Shown here one piece after another: positions 1 through 13,380 of a stretch of 64,000 nucleotides of DNA. Positions within the stretch are counted from its first letter, which is position 1, and each line of letters opens with the position of its first letter. The stretch lies in the NCBI RefSeq assembly GCF_006345805.1, contig NC_042997.1:193626001-193690000 (forward strand), given 5' to 3'. The position numbers and the translations under genes are program-made. Source of the DNA: Octopus sinensis. Taxonomy: Eukaryota. The notes beneath the pieces are model-generated. The model was not told the DNA's origin, did no database searches, and saw only the letters and a program-made list of their open reading frames with translations.

Positions 1-683
1 TACTTTGGTTGGCATCGAAAAGATGAAAGGAAAACTTGATCTTGGTGTGAATCGTACTTAGAACATAAGGAACAAGCTTTCCTTTCGTCATCGATTCCAG
101 TACTTGACGGGTACTTTATTTTATCGACTCTGAAAGGATGAAAAGCAAAGTTGACCTTGGCGGGATTTGAACTCAGAACGTGAAGAGGCGGACTTAGGGA
201 CAGACTGTATAATACGTGGCATCTGTTTGTGCTACTTTGCTTATTCGGCAGGATTAAGAATAAGAGACGGATGTGTTTTGTTATTGGCGCAAAAAACAAC
301 TTGTGAAGTTCGGCTTTATAAGTACTGGAGTCGATTTGTTCGACTAAGCCCTTTAAGGCTCCAGCAAGGCCGGCCCAGTCTAATGCCTGAAACCAGTAGA
401 AGAAAAGATACATTTTGATGTATGCTTTAACATATCGGGGAGAAGCAAACAAGAGAAATAGAAAGAGAGAGAGAGACAAAGAGAGAAAGAGAGAGGCGGG
501 AAAAGAGAGGGAGACAGGGAAAATAAAAAGTAGACTTCATATCCTTTGAAGAGATATTGAAATTTTTGCAAAAATATAAGAAAACCTAATTTTATGCGAT
601 AAACTTAATGACTCATTACTGGTCTACAACCATTGTAAATTTTATAACTACAGAATGTTAATTTCCCCTGTCTTTTCTATAGG

Positions 684-721
684 GAATTACCACCACCAAC
701 ACCACCACCACTCCACCCCAC

Positions 722-754
<33 letters not shown>

Positions 755-819
755 TAGCTACCCTACCACTACCGCCACTGTCATTGCAGCCACCACAGTA
801 GCCACTGCTGCTGCTACTT

Positions 820-853
<34 letters not shown>

Positions 854-960
854 ATTAGCCACCCTACCAACACCACCACCACCACTGTCATTGCCGCTAC
901 CACAGTAGCCACTACTACTACTACTAGTAGTAACTACTACTACTACTACTATTCAGCCAC
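684..960. repeat. Low-complexity (CTA)n/(CAC)n tract with a ~110-bp internal duplication
   Basis: Trinucleotide runs; the block ccactgtcattgc..c.accacagtagccact occurs twice. Confidence 0.85.
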
Positions 961-1399
961 GTTAGCCACGACGACTACCACAATCCCCACCATGTCCGAC
1001 CCACCTACCATCAACACTTCCATGGTTTATTGCTCTAAAGCATTACAGCTCGAGTTTTAACGATCTTCGGTTATTCACCAATCAATAATTGCCAGGTGTG
1101 ATTTCCAGGAAGCTTGACTGTTATTTCTAGCCGACTGAATGACCATGTAGAGGCTCCTTTAGATAGGAGGGGAGTGTGTGTGTGTGTGTGTGTATGTTGA
1201 GGTGGGGTGTGGTGGGGTGGTGGCTTGTCACTGTCAGTGTGAACGTAGAATAGACAAATCTTATTTACTGTTCCGGCGAAACAATCTCCCGCCACGAGAG
1301 GCAATATGGCGAAAATTTCAGGAAACGTCCACCGGTGTGTTTTGTCTGTCATTTCTATGGTGACAGTGTCAATGTGAAGTGCATCACAACCGTTGTTGG

Positions 1400-2514
1400 T
1401 CGTACCATCACCACTACCATCATCACCACTAACACCACCACCGAATACCCCCCCCCACCACCACCGTCAACACTAATACCACCACCATCACCAACATCAC
1501 TACCACTACCAACGACTCTAACACCACCAGCACCAACACTGACACCACCGCCACCACCACCAACACCACCACCACCACCACCATCACCAACATCACCACC
1601 ACCACTACCAACGACGCTAACGCCACCACCAACATCACCACCACCACTACCAATGACACTAGCACCAGCACTAACACCACCACCACAACCACCACCAACA
1701 CTACCACCACCACCACTACCACCACCACCACTACCACCACTACCACCACCAACAACAACAACAACACTAACACCATCAATACTAACACCAACACTAACAC
1801 CACCACCACCACTACCGTCAACACTACATGCAATAGTAAAATCCACCACCACAACCACCACAACTGCTGCCACAACTGTTACCACAACAACCAACAATAC
1901 AGCCACTGAAACCACCACGATGCAACGACGACGACGACCATTATTACCATGACCACCACCATCTCTGTCACTACCCCCAACACTACCACCGAAGCTATTA
2001 TTGACACTGTCGCTACAATCACTTCCATCATCACCACCACCGCCACCACCACTACCACCACCACATGACCACCACCAACAATAACAGCAAGAAGAACAGC
2101 CGCTAACGCCGCCACCGTCACCACCAACCTCCTCCTCCTCATCATCATCATCACAACCACCACTACCATCATCCTCATCACCATCAACCTCCACACAACC
2201 CACCACCACCACACACAACAACACCACTGCCGCACTCGCCACCATCGTCCGCCACCACTCACCCTCTATCCACATAATCACACTACCATACCATACAACA
2301 ACAACATCATTATCATCATCATCGTCATCATCATCATCATCATCACCATTATCATCATCACAACCACCTCCATCATCGTCACTTTCCCATCACCACCACC
2401 ACCACCATCACCACCACAACCACTACCACCACCACCACCACCACCACCACCACCACCACAATCACCACCACCACAACCACCACCACCACAACCACCACCA
2501 CCACCACCACCACC

Positions 2515-2560
<46 letters not shown>

Positions 2561-2645
2561 TCATCACCAACCACCAACACCACCACCGTCACCACCGCCA
2601 TCACTTCCACAGCCACGACAATACCAACCGCAACCATTAACAACT
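1400..2645. repeat. Long compound (CAC/CCA/CAA/CAT)n low-complexity tract
   Basis: Direct reading; explains the Pro/Thr-, Gly/Val- and Val-rich pseudo-ORFs. Confidence 0.95.
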
Positions 2646-3206
2646 ACACTCTTATAACATCGTCTTGTAAACAATAGCTATTTCAAATAATTTCAAATAT
2701 TTTGTATTGATTTATCATATATTAACTAATATTTAAAACAGATCGATCGTTACCTAGCAACAGCTTCAGCATTTATTGCCAAAAGGTTTAGTTATTGCTG
2801 ACAAACGAACCATTTGGCAGTTGCAGAAGGTTTTAATGCGGTCAGATGGCAAAAGAACACCAAAGACCTACGACCATATTTCAAATATAAGTATTCGTAT
2901 CGTCATCGTCATCGTCGCTGTAGTCGTAATAGCGATAGTTACTTAGCTTCTTCGTGTCAGCTCTGATAAGAGAGACCAATAATCGAAAGACGACCCAGCC
3001 GTGACTATCACGTTTTCTTTCTTTTTCTTTTTCAGTTTTTTCTTTTTGTTTTTTTTTTCATTATTAAATTCCACACTGTTTCCATATCGACAGTTCCACT
3101 CACAAGGACTGAGTCGGTCTGAAGCAACGATAGAAGACGCCTAAAATTCCGCACACCAATATCGAACCCGTAAAACGTGTTTGCGAAACGAAGTTCTTAA
3201 ACACGC

Positions 3207-3226
3207 ATCCTTCTTCTTCTTCTTCT

Positions 3227-3257
<31 letters not shown>

Positions 3258-3678
3258 TCTCCTCTCCTCTTCTTCTCCACCTCCCCTCCTCTTCTTCCTC
3301 CTCCTCCTCCTCCTCCTCCTTCCTCTTCTTCTTCTCTTTCTTCTTCTTCTTCTTTCTTCTTTCTTCTCCACCTCCCCCTCTTCTTCTTCTCTCCCCTCTC
3401 CTCCTCCTCCTCCTTCCTTTCTTCTTCTCTCTTCTTCTTCTTCTTCTTCCTCTTATTCTTCTTCTCCCCCATCCCTCCACATCCCCTCCCCCCATCCCCC
3501 TCCCCTTCTTCTTCCTCCTCTCCTTCCTCCTCCCTCTTCTTTCTTCTCCTTCCTATTCTCCTCCCTTCTCCTCCTCCTCCTCCTCCTCCTCTTCTTTCCT
3601 CTTCTCCTCCTTCTTCCTATTCTCCTCCTTCTTCTTCTTCCTCCTCCTTCTTCTTCTTCTTCTTCTTCTTCTCTTCTT
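3207..3678 (-). repeat. (CTT/CCT)n tract, probably the expanded (AAG)n tail of the adjacent RTE LINE
   Basis: Abuts the 3' terminus of the minus-strand RTE fragment. Confidence 0.8.
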
Positions 3679-4127
3679 AATTCTTTTTGCCCCTTGTGGA
3701 ACATAGGCCTAGCAACAGTTGTTTTCCACTTTTGCAGTCATTGGAGTGTTCTTGGCTGCTTCCTATGTCAGGCCGGTGGTCCTGTGCTCGTCCAAAATGA
3801 TCCGCTTCCATGTCTGCTTCGGGCGTCCTCGCTTCCTTTTCCCCTGCGGGTTCCAGTCAAGTGCTTGTCGTGTCACATTTGAGGGTTCTTTCCGCAGTGT
3901 GGGTCCGATCCATCTCCATTTCCTTCGTCTAATCTGAACATGTATGGGCTCCTAGTTGGCCCTTTCCCACAAGTCGGTGTTTGGCCCTCTGTCGAACCAC
4001 TTCAGATGGAGGATCTGCCGGAGACATTTGTTGATGAAGGTCTGGATCTTCTTGTAGTTGCTGCAGGTGGCTCGCCATGTTTCAGAGCCATACAAAAGCA
4101 CAGATTTTACGTTTGAACACGGGTCCA
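3679..4127 (-). mobile_element. 5'-truncated RTE-clade LINE, 3' end (pseudogene)
   Basis: Translates [64 protein letters not shown] with an in-frame stop, followed by a short UTR and (AAG)n tail. Confidence 0.9.
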
Positions 4128-4139
4128 AGTCCGAAGAAA

Positions 4140-4384
4140 TAATCCTTTCTAACATAGGCACAAGGCCTGAAAATTTGGGGGGGGGGATAATTCGATTGCA
4201 TCGACCCCAGTGCGTAACTGGTACTTATTTTATCGACTTCGAAAGGATGAAAGGCAAAGTAGACCTCGGCGCAATTTGAACTCAGAATATAGCGACGGGC
4301 GAAATACCTATTTCTTTACTACACACAGGGGGCTAAACACAAAGAGGACAAACAAGGACAAACCAAACGGATTAAGTCGATTAT

Positions 4385-4385
<1 letters not shown>
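4140..4385 (-). mobile_element. SINE-D partial dimer
   Basis: Core tcgac..gaaaggatgaaaggcaaagt.gacctcggcg.aatttgaactcaga shared with more than 15 copies in the window. Confidence 0.85.
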
Positions 4386-4416
<31 letters not shown>

Positions 4417-4474
4417 TATATAATATAGATATATATATATATATATATTAGATATATATATATCTATATATATA

Positions 4475-4525
<51 letters not shown>

Positions 4526-4540
4526 TATATACATATATAT

Positions 4541-4879
4541 GGCGCATGCTCAGTGGTTAGAGCGTCGAGCTTACGATTGTGAGGTTGTGAGCTCGAATCC
4601 CGGACCGGGCTGCGTGTTGTGCTCTTGAGCAAGGCACTTTATTTCACGTTGCTCCAGTTCACTCATCCTGTAGAAATGAGTTGCGACGTCACAGGTGCCA
4701 AGCTGTATCGGCCCCTTTGCCTTTCCTTGGATAAACACTGGTGGTGGTGGAGAGGGGAGGATGCTGGATGCATGGGCGACTGCTGGTCTTCCATAAACAA
4801 CCTTGCCCAGACTTGTGACTAGGAGGGTAACTTTCTAGGTGCCATCCCATGGTACATCATGACCGAAGGGGGTCTTACC
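4541..4879 (+). mobile_element. tRNA-derived SINE-B in (TA)n
   Basis: A-box-like gctcagtggttaga and B-box-like gctcgaatccc; near-identical to 25676-26014. Confidence 0.9.
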
Positions 4880-4924
<45 letters not shown>

Positions 4925-5090
4925 TATACACACACACATATTATATATATATATATATATATATATTAATATATATATATAATATACATATATATATATA
5001 TGATTGATTCTAGTTTCAGCTCATGAGCTGTGGCCATGCTGGGGCACCGCATTTATATATATATATATAAAATATATATATATATTATAT

Positions 5091-5138
<48 letters not shown>

Positions 5139-5171
5139 ATATATATATAAATATCATTATCTATATTTATT

Positions 5172-5206
<35 letters not shown>

Positions 5207-5245
5207 TATATATATATATATACATTATATATATATATATATATA

Positions 5246-6275
5246 TAAGAAAAAGTTTGAAAATGCAATTTAAACGAGTTTTATTTACTTAACCGGTTTC
5301 ACTCTTGTAAAAGATTGTCAAAAGAAATTTAAGGAAACATTGAATAATATGGGTCAAAAAAAGTTTTTACATAAGTGTCACATTGAATATTATGCATTCA
5401 AAAAAGTTTTTACATAATTGTCACATTGGATATTATGTCAAAAATGTTTTTATACATACATAATTGTCACATTACATGTATAAATATAGTGTTTGGTAAC
5501 AGAGAAGTTCAATAGTGTGATGAGAATATTGGGAAAATTTGGCAGAAAAGGATAAAACAAATATATTATTGGGAATTGGTTGCGTTAATTATTGGTTGTC
5601 GCAAATTGTCACATTACATGTATATATATACAATCTTCGGTATATATATACAGCTTTTGACAGCAAAAATTAAAATGGATTTTTTTATACATCTCAGAAT
5701 ATTTTAAGTACAAAGGCGAGAATATGTTTTACTGACCTGTTGGTATTAGCAGTTCAGCCTTTCTGCTAATACCAACAGGTCAGTAAAAACATATCTCGCC
5801 TGTACTTAAAATATTCTGAGATGTATAAAAAATCCATTTTAATTTTGCTGTCAAACGGCCTGTATATATATACCGAAGATTGTATATATATACATGTAAT
5901 GTGACAATTTGCGACAACCAATAATTAACGCCGCAACCAATTCCAATAATATATTGTTTTATCCTTTTCTGCCAAATTTCCCAAATATTCTCATCACACT
6001 ATTGAACTTCTTGTTACCAAACCTATATATTATACATGTAATGTGACAATTATGTATAAAAAAACATTTTGAATCATAATATCCAATGTGACAATTATGT
6101 AAAAACTTTTTTGAATGCATAATATCAATGTGACAATTATGTAAAAAACTTTTTTTTGAACCAATATAGTCAATGTTTCCTTAAATGTAACTTTTGACAA
6201 TCTTTTACCAAAGAGTGAAACCGGTAAGTAAATAAACATCGTTTAAATTGCATTTTCAAACCTTTTTTTTTCTTA
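5246..6275. repeat. ~1-kb near-perfect palindrome (arms ~510 bp, 10-nt loop at 5753-5762)
   Basis: ctgacctgttggtattagcag-ttcagccttt-ctgctaataccaacaggtcag; complementarity continues to both ends with only small indels. Confidence 0.95.
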
Positions 6276-6311
6276 TAATCCCACTCGTGCGATACCCACC
6301 AACTCAACTTT

Positions 6312-6369
<58 letters not shown>

Positions 6370-6406
6370 ATATATTAGATATATACACACACACACACAT
6401 AATTAG

Positions 6407-6497
<91 letters not shown>

Positions 6498-7493
6498 CTA
6501 TATTAACGGGCTTCTTTCAAGTTCGGTCTACCAAATCCATTCACAAGATTTTGGTCAGCCGCGGCTATAGGAGAAAGCGCTTGTCCAACGTACCATACAG
6601 TGGAATAGGCCCTGGGACCATGTGGTTGGGAAGCAAACTTCTTACCACAAAGAATCATGCCTAGGTCTAAATGTCTTTTTTTTTATCAATCTTTCGACTG
6701 TGTGTTTGAGGGAGGTTATAGATGTTATTTCTTGCAGTTGAGCGACTAAACAGAGGGTAGTCTTAGGTAACACTTTAAACTACATTTGCTAATAGGGTCT
6801 CAGTGCGGGAGTTCCAGGGTTTTGAGGAGTGCAGAACCACCTCTTAGCTACTATTGTTCTTTGAAAATGTTGGGCTTGCGCCTAGATTAGAATCAATTAA
6901 TAAATAAGTGGCGCCAGAATGGCAGCGCCAAAACGGCAGCATCAGAATTTTTCAAACTCCTTCTCTGATGCATTTCTCAAAATGATTGCTTTGGCAATGG
7001 CTGACGAAATACTATTATAAGACAATGTCAAATATGAAGTCTTCTAAATTTATTAGTCATGGTGGTATTTCAAAGATATTCTGAGAAAATGAAATATAAA
7101 GTCAGACAAATAGAGATGCTGTCTAGCTAGCTGTTTATGATTTCTTCATTAAGTTGTAGCTGGTGCTGAAAATACGATGTACATAGTTTCAGGAGAGTCG
7201 TTATTGAGCTCATTCAATCAACTTTTAATATAGTCACCGAAAAAAAAAAAATGCTTGGTTGTGCAGAAGAGATTTGTTTCAATATTAAGATAATGAAAGT
7301 GAAGTCTAAATATAGAAATTATGAAAGCAAGAAATCTCGAATCCATCCAATAGATCACAGAAAAAAAATTTCCAATTATTAGTTGCCAAATATATTAACG
7401 ATATAACTTCCGTAGTTAACATCGTTTTATCAAGTAGTTGTACTCCTTTGCTTCAAATGTAATATATATATATATATTATAATAATATAGATA

Positions 7494-7524
<31 letters not shown>

Positions 7525-7701
7525 GATATATATATATATATATATATGTATAGGTCATCAATAGACGGAATATCTCTTTACTGAAAAGGCTATTGATCAC
7601 TCAGAGAATCAACAGATCAACCACGGTTTATTGCTGACACTAGTAAAGTCTTATGGAAAATGTCTACGCAATATAATACATACAGGACATACCTTGGAGT
7701 T

Positions 7702-7801
7702 NNNNNNNNNNNNNNNNNNNNNNNNNNNNNNNNNNNNNNNNNNNNNNNNNNNNNNNNNNNNNNNNNNNNNNNNNNNNNNNNNNNNNNNNNNNNNNNNNNN
7801 N
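7702..7801. other. Assembly gap (100 N)
   Basis: Run of N. Confidence 1.
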
Positions 7802-10012
7802 TTACACTTGGTGCATCTTCTAGAGTTTCTACCTACACCTTTTCTACAGATCGAGCAGGGCCATCTACCTGAAGGCGTTTGTGATTTGTCTACCTTCCTA
7901 CTGATTACGACTTTGGTTTTAGCTAGATTGACTCTGAGGCCCTTCGATTCTAATCCTTGTTTCCACACCTGAAACTTCTCCTCCAGTTCTGATAGCGACT
8001 CAGCAATTAGAGCAAGGTCATCAGCATAGAGGAGCTCCCAAGGGCATCCTGTCTTGAATTCCTCCGTTACTGCCTGGAGGACTATGATAAATAGGAGGGG
8101 GCTGAGGACTGAGGACTGAGCCTTGGTGGACCCCTACCTCTACCCGGAATTCTTCACTGTACTCGTTGCCAACCCTCACCTTACTAGCAGCGTCCCTATA
8201 CATGGCCCGCACAGCTCTCACTAACCATTCATCTATCCCTAGTTTCCTCATTGACCACCAGATAAGGGATCGGGGACCCTGTCGAAGGCTTTCTCCATGT
8301 CAACAAAAGCCAGGTACAGGGGCTTATCTTTGGCTAGGTATTTCTCCTGCAGCTGCCTTACCAGGAATATAGCATCAGTAGTACTTTTCCCTGGCACAAA
8401 CCCAAACTGCATCTCATCTAAACTAACTCTCTCTAATTAGTTGGGCTATGACCCTCTCCGTAACCTTCATCACCTGATCCAACAGCTTGATACCTCTGTA
8501 GTTATTTGTATCTAGGGCGTCACCTTTACCTTTGTAGCAGTTGACTATTATGCTGTTACACCACCAGTCATTGGTATGACTCCTTTGTGTATCACCTGAT
8601 TAACTATACGGGTGACTAGGCTATAGCCGACACTACCAGACATTTTGAGCATCTCTGCAGTGATTCCTGATGGGCCTGGGGATTTCCCTGTCTTCATGCT
8701 TCTAATTGCTTAGCTACCACGGAACTATCAACTCGGATAGCTGGTCCCTCTGTTGGGTCAACATTCGGCAGACTCTCTTTATCCCATTCATTTTCTTTAT
8801 TCAGCAACCTTTCATAGTGGCATCTCCAAACCTCTCTCTTTGCATCCTCATTTAGCGCAAGTGAACCATCTTCCATTCGAACACACTTCTCTCCTACCAC
8901 ATCACGATTCTCTCTCACACACTGTCTTGCAACGCGAAACACCTCCAGTCTTTGGTCCTCACGCGCAGAACATTGGCAAATTTTTCTTATCTGCTTCCCC
9001 TCTGGCTAAATAACCTGTCTCCTAGCTTCTCTCTTTGGCAGTCTGATACAATTCCCTGCTACCCCCTTTTTCCAGACCTTCCAAGCCTGTCTCTTTTCTC
9101 TAATAGCCCTGTCTACAATATTGTTCCACCACCACGTTATTCTAGGTCGAGAGGGGACTTTGTACCAGCCACAGATCTGGTCAGTGGCTCTCAGCAGGTT
9201 GTCCCTTAGAAACGTCCAGTTGTCTTCTACCCCTGTGATGCTCTATCCCCTTCTACTTCGTCAGGCTTCAAGTAATATGTCCCTAAATCTCTGTCCATTT
9301 GCAGGATCTTTAAGCTTCCAGATCCTTCTTCTCCATATTGGTCGTCTTCTGATTGTCCTCCTAGTCCTGATCCTAAAGTCACTAACTACCAGTCTATGTT
9401 GTGGGGTACATTCTTCACCTGGGAAGGTTTTGGCATTTATAAGCAGCCATCTCTCCCTTTGCCTTGCAAGGATGTAGTCAATTGGCTGGTATGTTGGCCC
9501 GATCGGTAAGTGACTAGGTGGCTGGTAGGTTTCCTGAAGTTAGTGTTGCAAATCATAAGATTATTTGCATCGCAGAACTCCAGCAGCCTGGTTCCCTCCT
9601 CGTTGCGGGAGCCATAGCCATAGCCTCCATGTACGCCATGGAAGCCCCCAGCATGTCGCCCAACGTGACCATTGAAGTCACCAGCCACAAAGATATGGTC
9701 TCTGTCGTTCGTCAACGAGGTAGTCTGCAGTAGAGTGTCATAGAATCGGTCTTTCTGTCCATCGGGTAGCCCCGACTGAGGAGCATAGGCTGATATAATG
9801 GTTGCTAAACTATGATGAAGCACTAATCTAATCTTAAGTATTCTGTCACTACTCTGGTTACCTCAATTACTTATCTACCCATTTCTCAGCGATAAGTATA
9901 CCCACGCCACCAACCCCACAAGTGTTCCCTGCCCAGAAAATCTTGTACCTGCGTTCCTTGCCTGTGAGGAACCTAGCTGATCCTCCTCTCCACCTTATTT
10001 CTTGCATGCAAC
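7802..10012 (-). mobile_element. RTE-clade LINE ORF (AP endonuclease + reverse transcriptase), frameshifted, runs into the gap
   Basis: CMQEIRW, IISAYAPQ, VAGDFNGHVG, NTNFRK (endonuclease); VGVHQGSVLSP, GLRVNLAKTKV (RT); WPCSICRKGVGRNS..C..C; several frameshifts. Confidence 0.95.
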
Positions 10013-10104
10013 ATATATATATATATATATATATAGATATGATATATATATATTTATTTAAATGTCCCCTGTATATATATATATATAGATATATATATAT
10101 ATAT

Positions 10105-10146
<42 letters not shown>

Positions 10147-10380
10147 CAGTGTACATTTAACACATAAGAGGTAGACATCATAGGACTACCTGCACGCTAA
10201 GAGGACATCAATTTCCAAACGACTATTAGGGATAAGATATCGAAGGGAATAAAAAATAAAAACATTCACCATGTAACTCCTGGGCCAGACTTTTTTTAGC
10301 AAATGCAAATGGTAATGGAAATTTCCAATATTTCAGATTAACCTTCGATATTATTATATATATATATATATATATTTATT

Positions 10381-10584
10381 TCGCCATGATTGATCGCTAG
10401 ACACAAAACATTTTTAAAAGTTTCTCTCTCTGCTTATTTCTGTGTTCCTTTCTGTTGAAGAGCGGAGGCTCGAAACGTAAAAGAGTTTACCACTTCCCGA
10501 GCGTTAAACTAATACATCTGTTTGTTGTTTACACACCCGTCTTCGTCTTTTTTTTGTGATTATTTTTGTAAATTCCAACTATAT
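10381..10584 (+). mobile_element. ~200-bp non-autonomous element with hammerhead-like motif (10448-10483), in (TA)n
   Basis: Homologous to 26049-26232, 57951-58146 and 58173-58361; motif cttt-CTGTTGA-A-GAGcggaggCTC-GAAAC-GTA-aaag. Confidence 0.7.
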
Positions 10585-11336
10585 ACACATACATATATAT
10601 ATATATAGGAGAGGAATAGCCACTAAGGTAGATTCCTAATATGCTAGAAGAAGACGCCAAATCGCCTTACCACGAAGAATATGTTCTCAAACATTAGCAT
10701 ACATTCTGGCGTTTGCTAAAACTTTTGAGAACATATTCTATTCCTTTTATTTATATATTTAATATAATTTATAGTTTTCGGACATTTTTAAGTATGCTAG
10801 GCCACTGGTTTAAATTGATGTTATTTAATAATATTAATTTCTACCCTCATTATTTAATTTATATATATATATAAGATACACACACACACACACATATGTG
10901 TGTGCGAGTATTAACAAATATGTCTGTGTATAAATAAATGTGTGTGAGTGTGCGCGAGTGTGTGTGTGTGCGTGTGTGTGTGACTTTATGTCGAACGAAT
11001 AAGAAAGAAGGGCCTAAGACATGTAACGGTTATGCTTTTTATTAAAACTGAAGCCCAAGAGTTTGTTTCGCAATTCGAGTTTCACATAGTTTTGTCTGAA
11101 GACGAAATTCGAATCGTGAAACTCGAACTGTTAGACAAAGTCTTAGTTTCAGTTGGAATAAAAAGCTACGTGTGTGTATGTGTGTGTGTGTGTATGTGCG
11201 TGCGTGCGTTCATTTGATCTCTAACGATTATTTAGACATTTATCCAGAAATTTCGCCGCGGGCAACTTCCTAAATTGCCTCCGCCGAGACAGTTTTTAGC
11301 AGCCTCTTACAGCGAATCAATTATTTTATAATACAT

Positions 11337-11640
11337 TTTACCTCCGCCTTAGTGAAAGTGGAGGTATTGTTTTCAGTTGTGTTTGTTTGTTTGTCCTTGG
11401 ACAAGATATCTCAAGGACCACTGGATGGATTCGGATGAAACTTTCAGGTATATTTGGCCTTGTGATTGGCACGAACTGACTAATTTTTGAGAGCGGTCGG
11501 ATTCATTTTTAGTATTCTTGTTTTGAAAGCAGTCTAGTGTATTTCAGATATTCTTATTTTAAAAATCATCTTTCGCTAATCATTGAGAGGATGCTGGTGT
11601 TGCTTTGGCGGAGGTCTACGCTCTCTGAGAGCTCTTGTTT
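11337..11640 (+). mobile_element. Non-autonomous Helitron/Helentron-type element (HINE-like)
   Basis: Subterminal inverted repeat acctccgcc...ggcggaggt, gtttgtttgtcc near the 5' end, 3' hairpin gctctctgagagc; related fragment on the - strand at ~47521-47670. Confidence 0.65.
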
Positions 11641-11902
11641 TTCATTATTTATTTTTTTTTTTGCTTGTTCCAGTCACTTGAGTGCGGCCATGACGGGTCA
11701 CCACCTTCAAGGGCTTTAGTCGAACAAATCGACCCCACGGTTTATTTCTTAAGCCTAGTACTTATTCTACCGGTCTCTTTTACCGAACCGCTGTACACTT
11801 ATTGAGTTTTTTATGCAGATAATGTCTTTTCTTTGTTTTATACATTTCAGAGCACTTATATTCATGTATATGCGTATATATATATATATATATATATATA
11901 TC

Positions 11903-12377
<475 letters not shown>

Positions 12378-12397
12378 TGTATGTATACACACACACA

Positions 12398-12577
12398 GAC
12401 GTGGCTGAGTGGTAAGAAGCTTGCTTCCCAACTACATGGTTCCGGGTTCAGTCCCACTGTGTGACACCTTCGGCAAGTGTCTTCTACTATAGCCTCAAGC
12501 TGACCAAAGCCCGGTGAGTGGATTTGGCCGACGGAAACTGAAAGAAGCCCGTCGTATCCACTCACAAGTATACATGA

Positions 12578-12624
<47 letters not shown>

Positions 12625-12863
12625 AATGTATGTATATGTGTGTATGTGCCTGTTTGTGCTTGCCCCCACCATCGCTTGACAACCGATGTTGGTGCGTTTA
12701 CATCCCTATAACTTAGCAGTTCGGCAAAAGAATCTGATAGAATAAGTACTAGACATACAAAGAATAAGACCCGGGGTCATTTTTTTCGACTAAAAACACT
12801 TTGAAGTAGGTCTCCAGCATGGCCACTGTGAAATGACTGAAACAAGTGAAAGAATAAAGAAAG
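12398..12863 (+). mobile_element. SINE-C with internal (TA/TG)n tract
   Basis: gtggct..gtggtaag.agcttgct...ggaaactgaaagaagcccgtcg-[microsatellite]-...aaatgactgaaacaagt. Confidence 0.9.
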
Positions 12864-13019
12864 TGGATATGTATGTATTTATTATGTATACCTATGTGTG
12901 TGTGTATGTGTATACATGTATATATATATATATAAAAGAAACCAAAGTGTACGTATATATACATATATGTGTGTGCGCATATGTGTGTATACATATATAT
13001 ATATACACACACACACGCA

Positions 13020-13048
13020 TGTATATATATATGTATGTATGTATGTAT

Positions 13049-13079
<31 letters not shown>

Positions 13080-13380
13080 TATGTATGTATGTATGTATGT
13101 ATATGTATGTATGTATGTATGTATGTATTATGTATGTATTATGTATGTATGTATGTATGTATGTATGTATGTATTATGTATGTATTTATGTATGTATGTA
13201 TGTATGTATTTATTATGTATGTAGTATGTATTAGTTGTATGTATGTATTATGTATGTATGTGTGTGTATGTATGTATGTATGTATGTATGTATGTATGTA
13301 TGTATGTATGTATGTATATATTATGTATGTATGTATGTATGTATGTATGTATGTATGTATGTATGTATGTATGTATGTAT
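13020..13380. repeat. (TATG)n microsatellite
   Basis: Direct reading. Confidence 0.95.

Noticed and set aside
1335-2643. Pro/Thr-rich (extensin- or formin-like) and Gly/Val-rich ORFs
   Set aside because: Direct translations of (CAC/CCA)n; all frames are open for compositional reasons.
2749-2761. RFX-like motif GTTACCTAGCAAC
   Set aside because: An isolated motif match with no other support; expected by chance at this scale.
3100-3882. Arg/Glu/Lys-rich and Leu/Ser-rich ORFs
   Set aside because: Translations of the (CTT/CCT)n tract.
7640-7972. ORFs and element continuity across the N gaps (also 45456-45954)
   Set aside because: The 100-N runs are placeholders, so frame, distance and adjacency across them are unknown.
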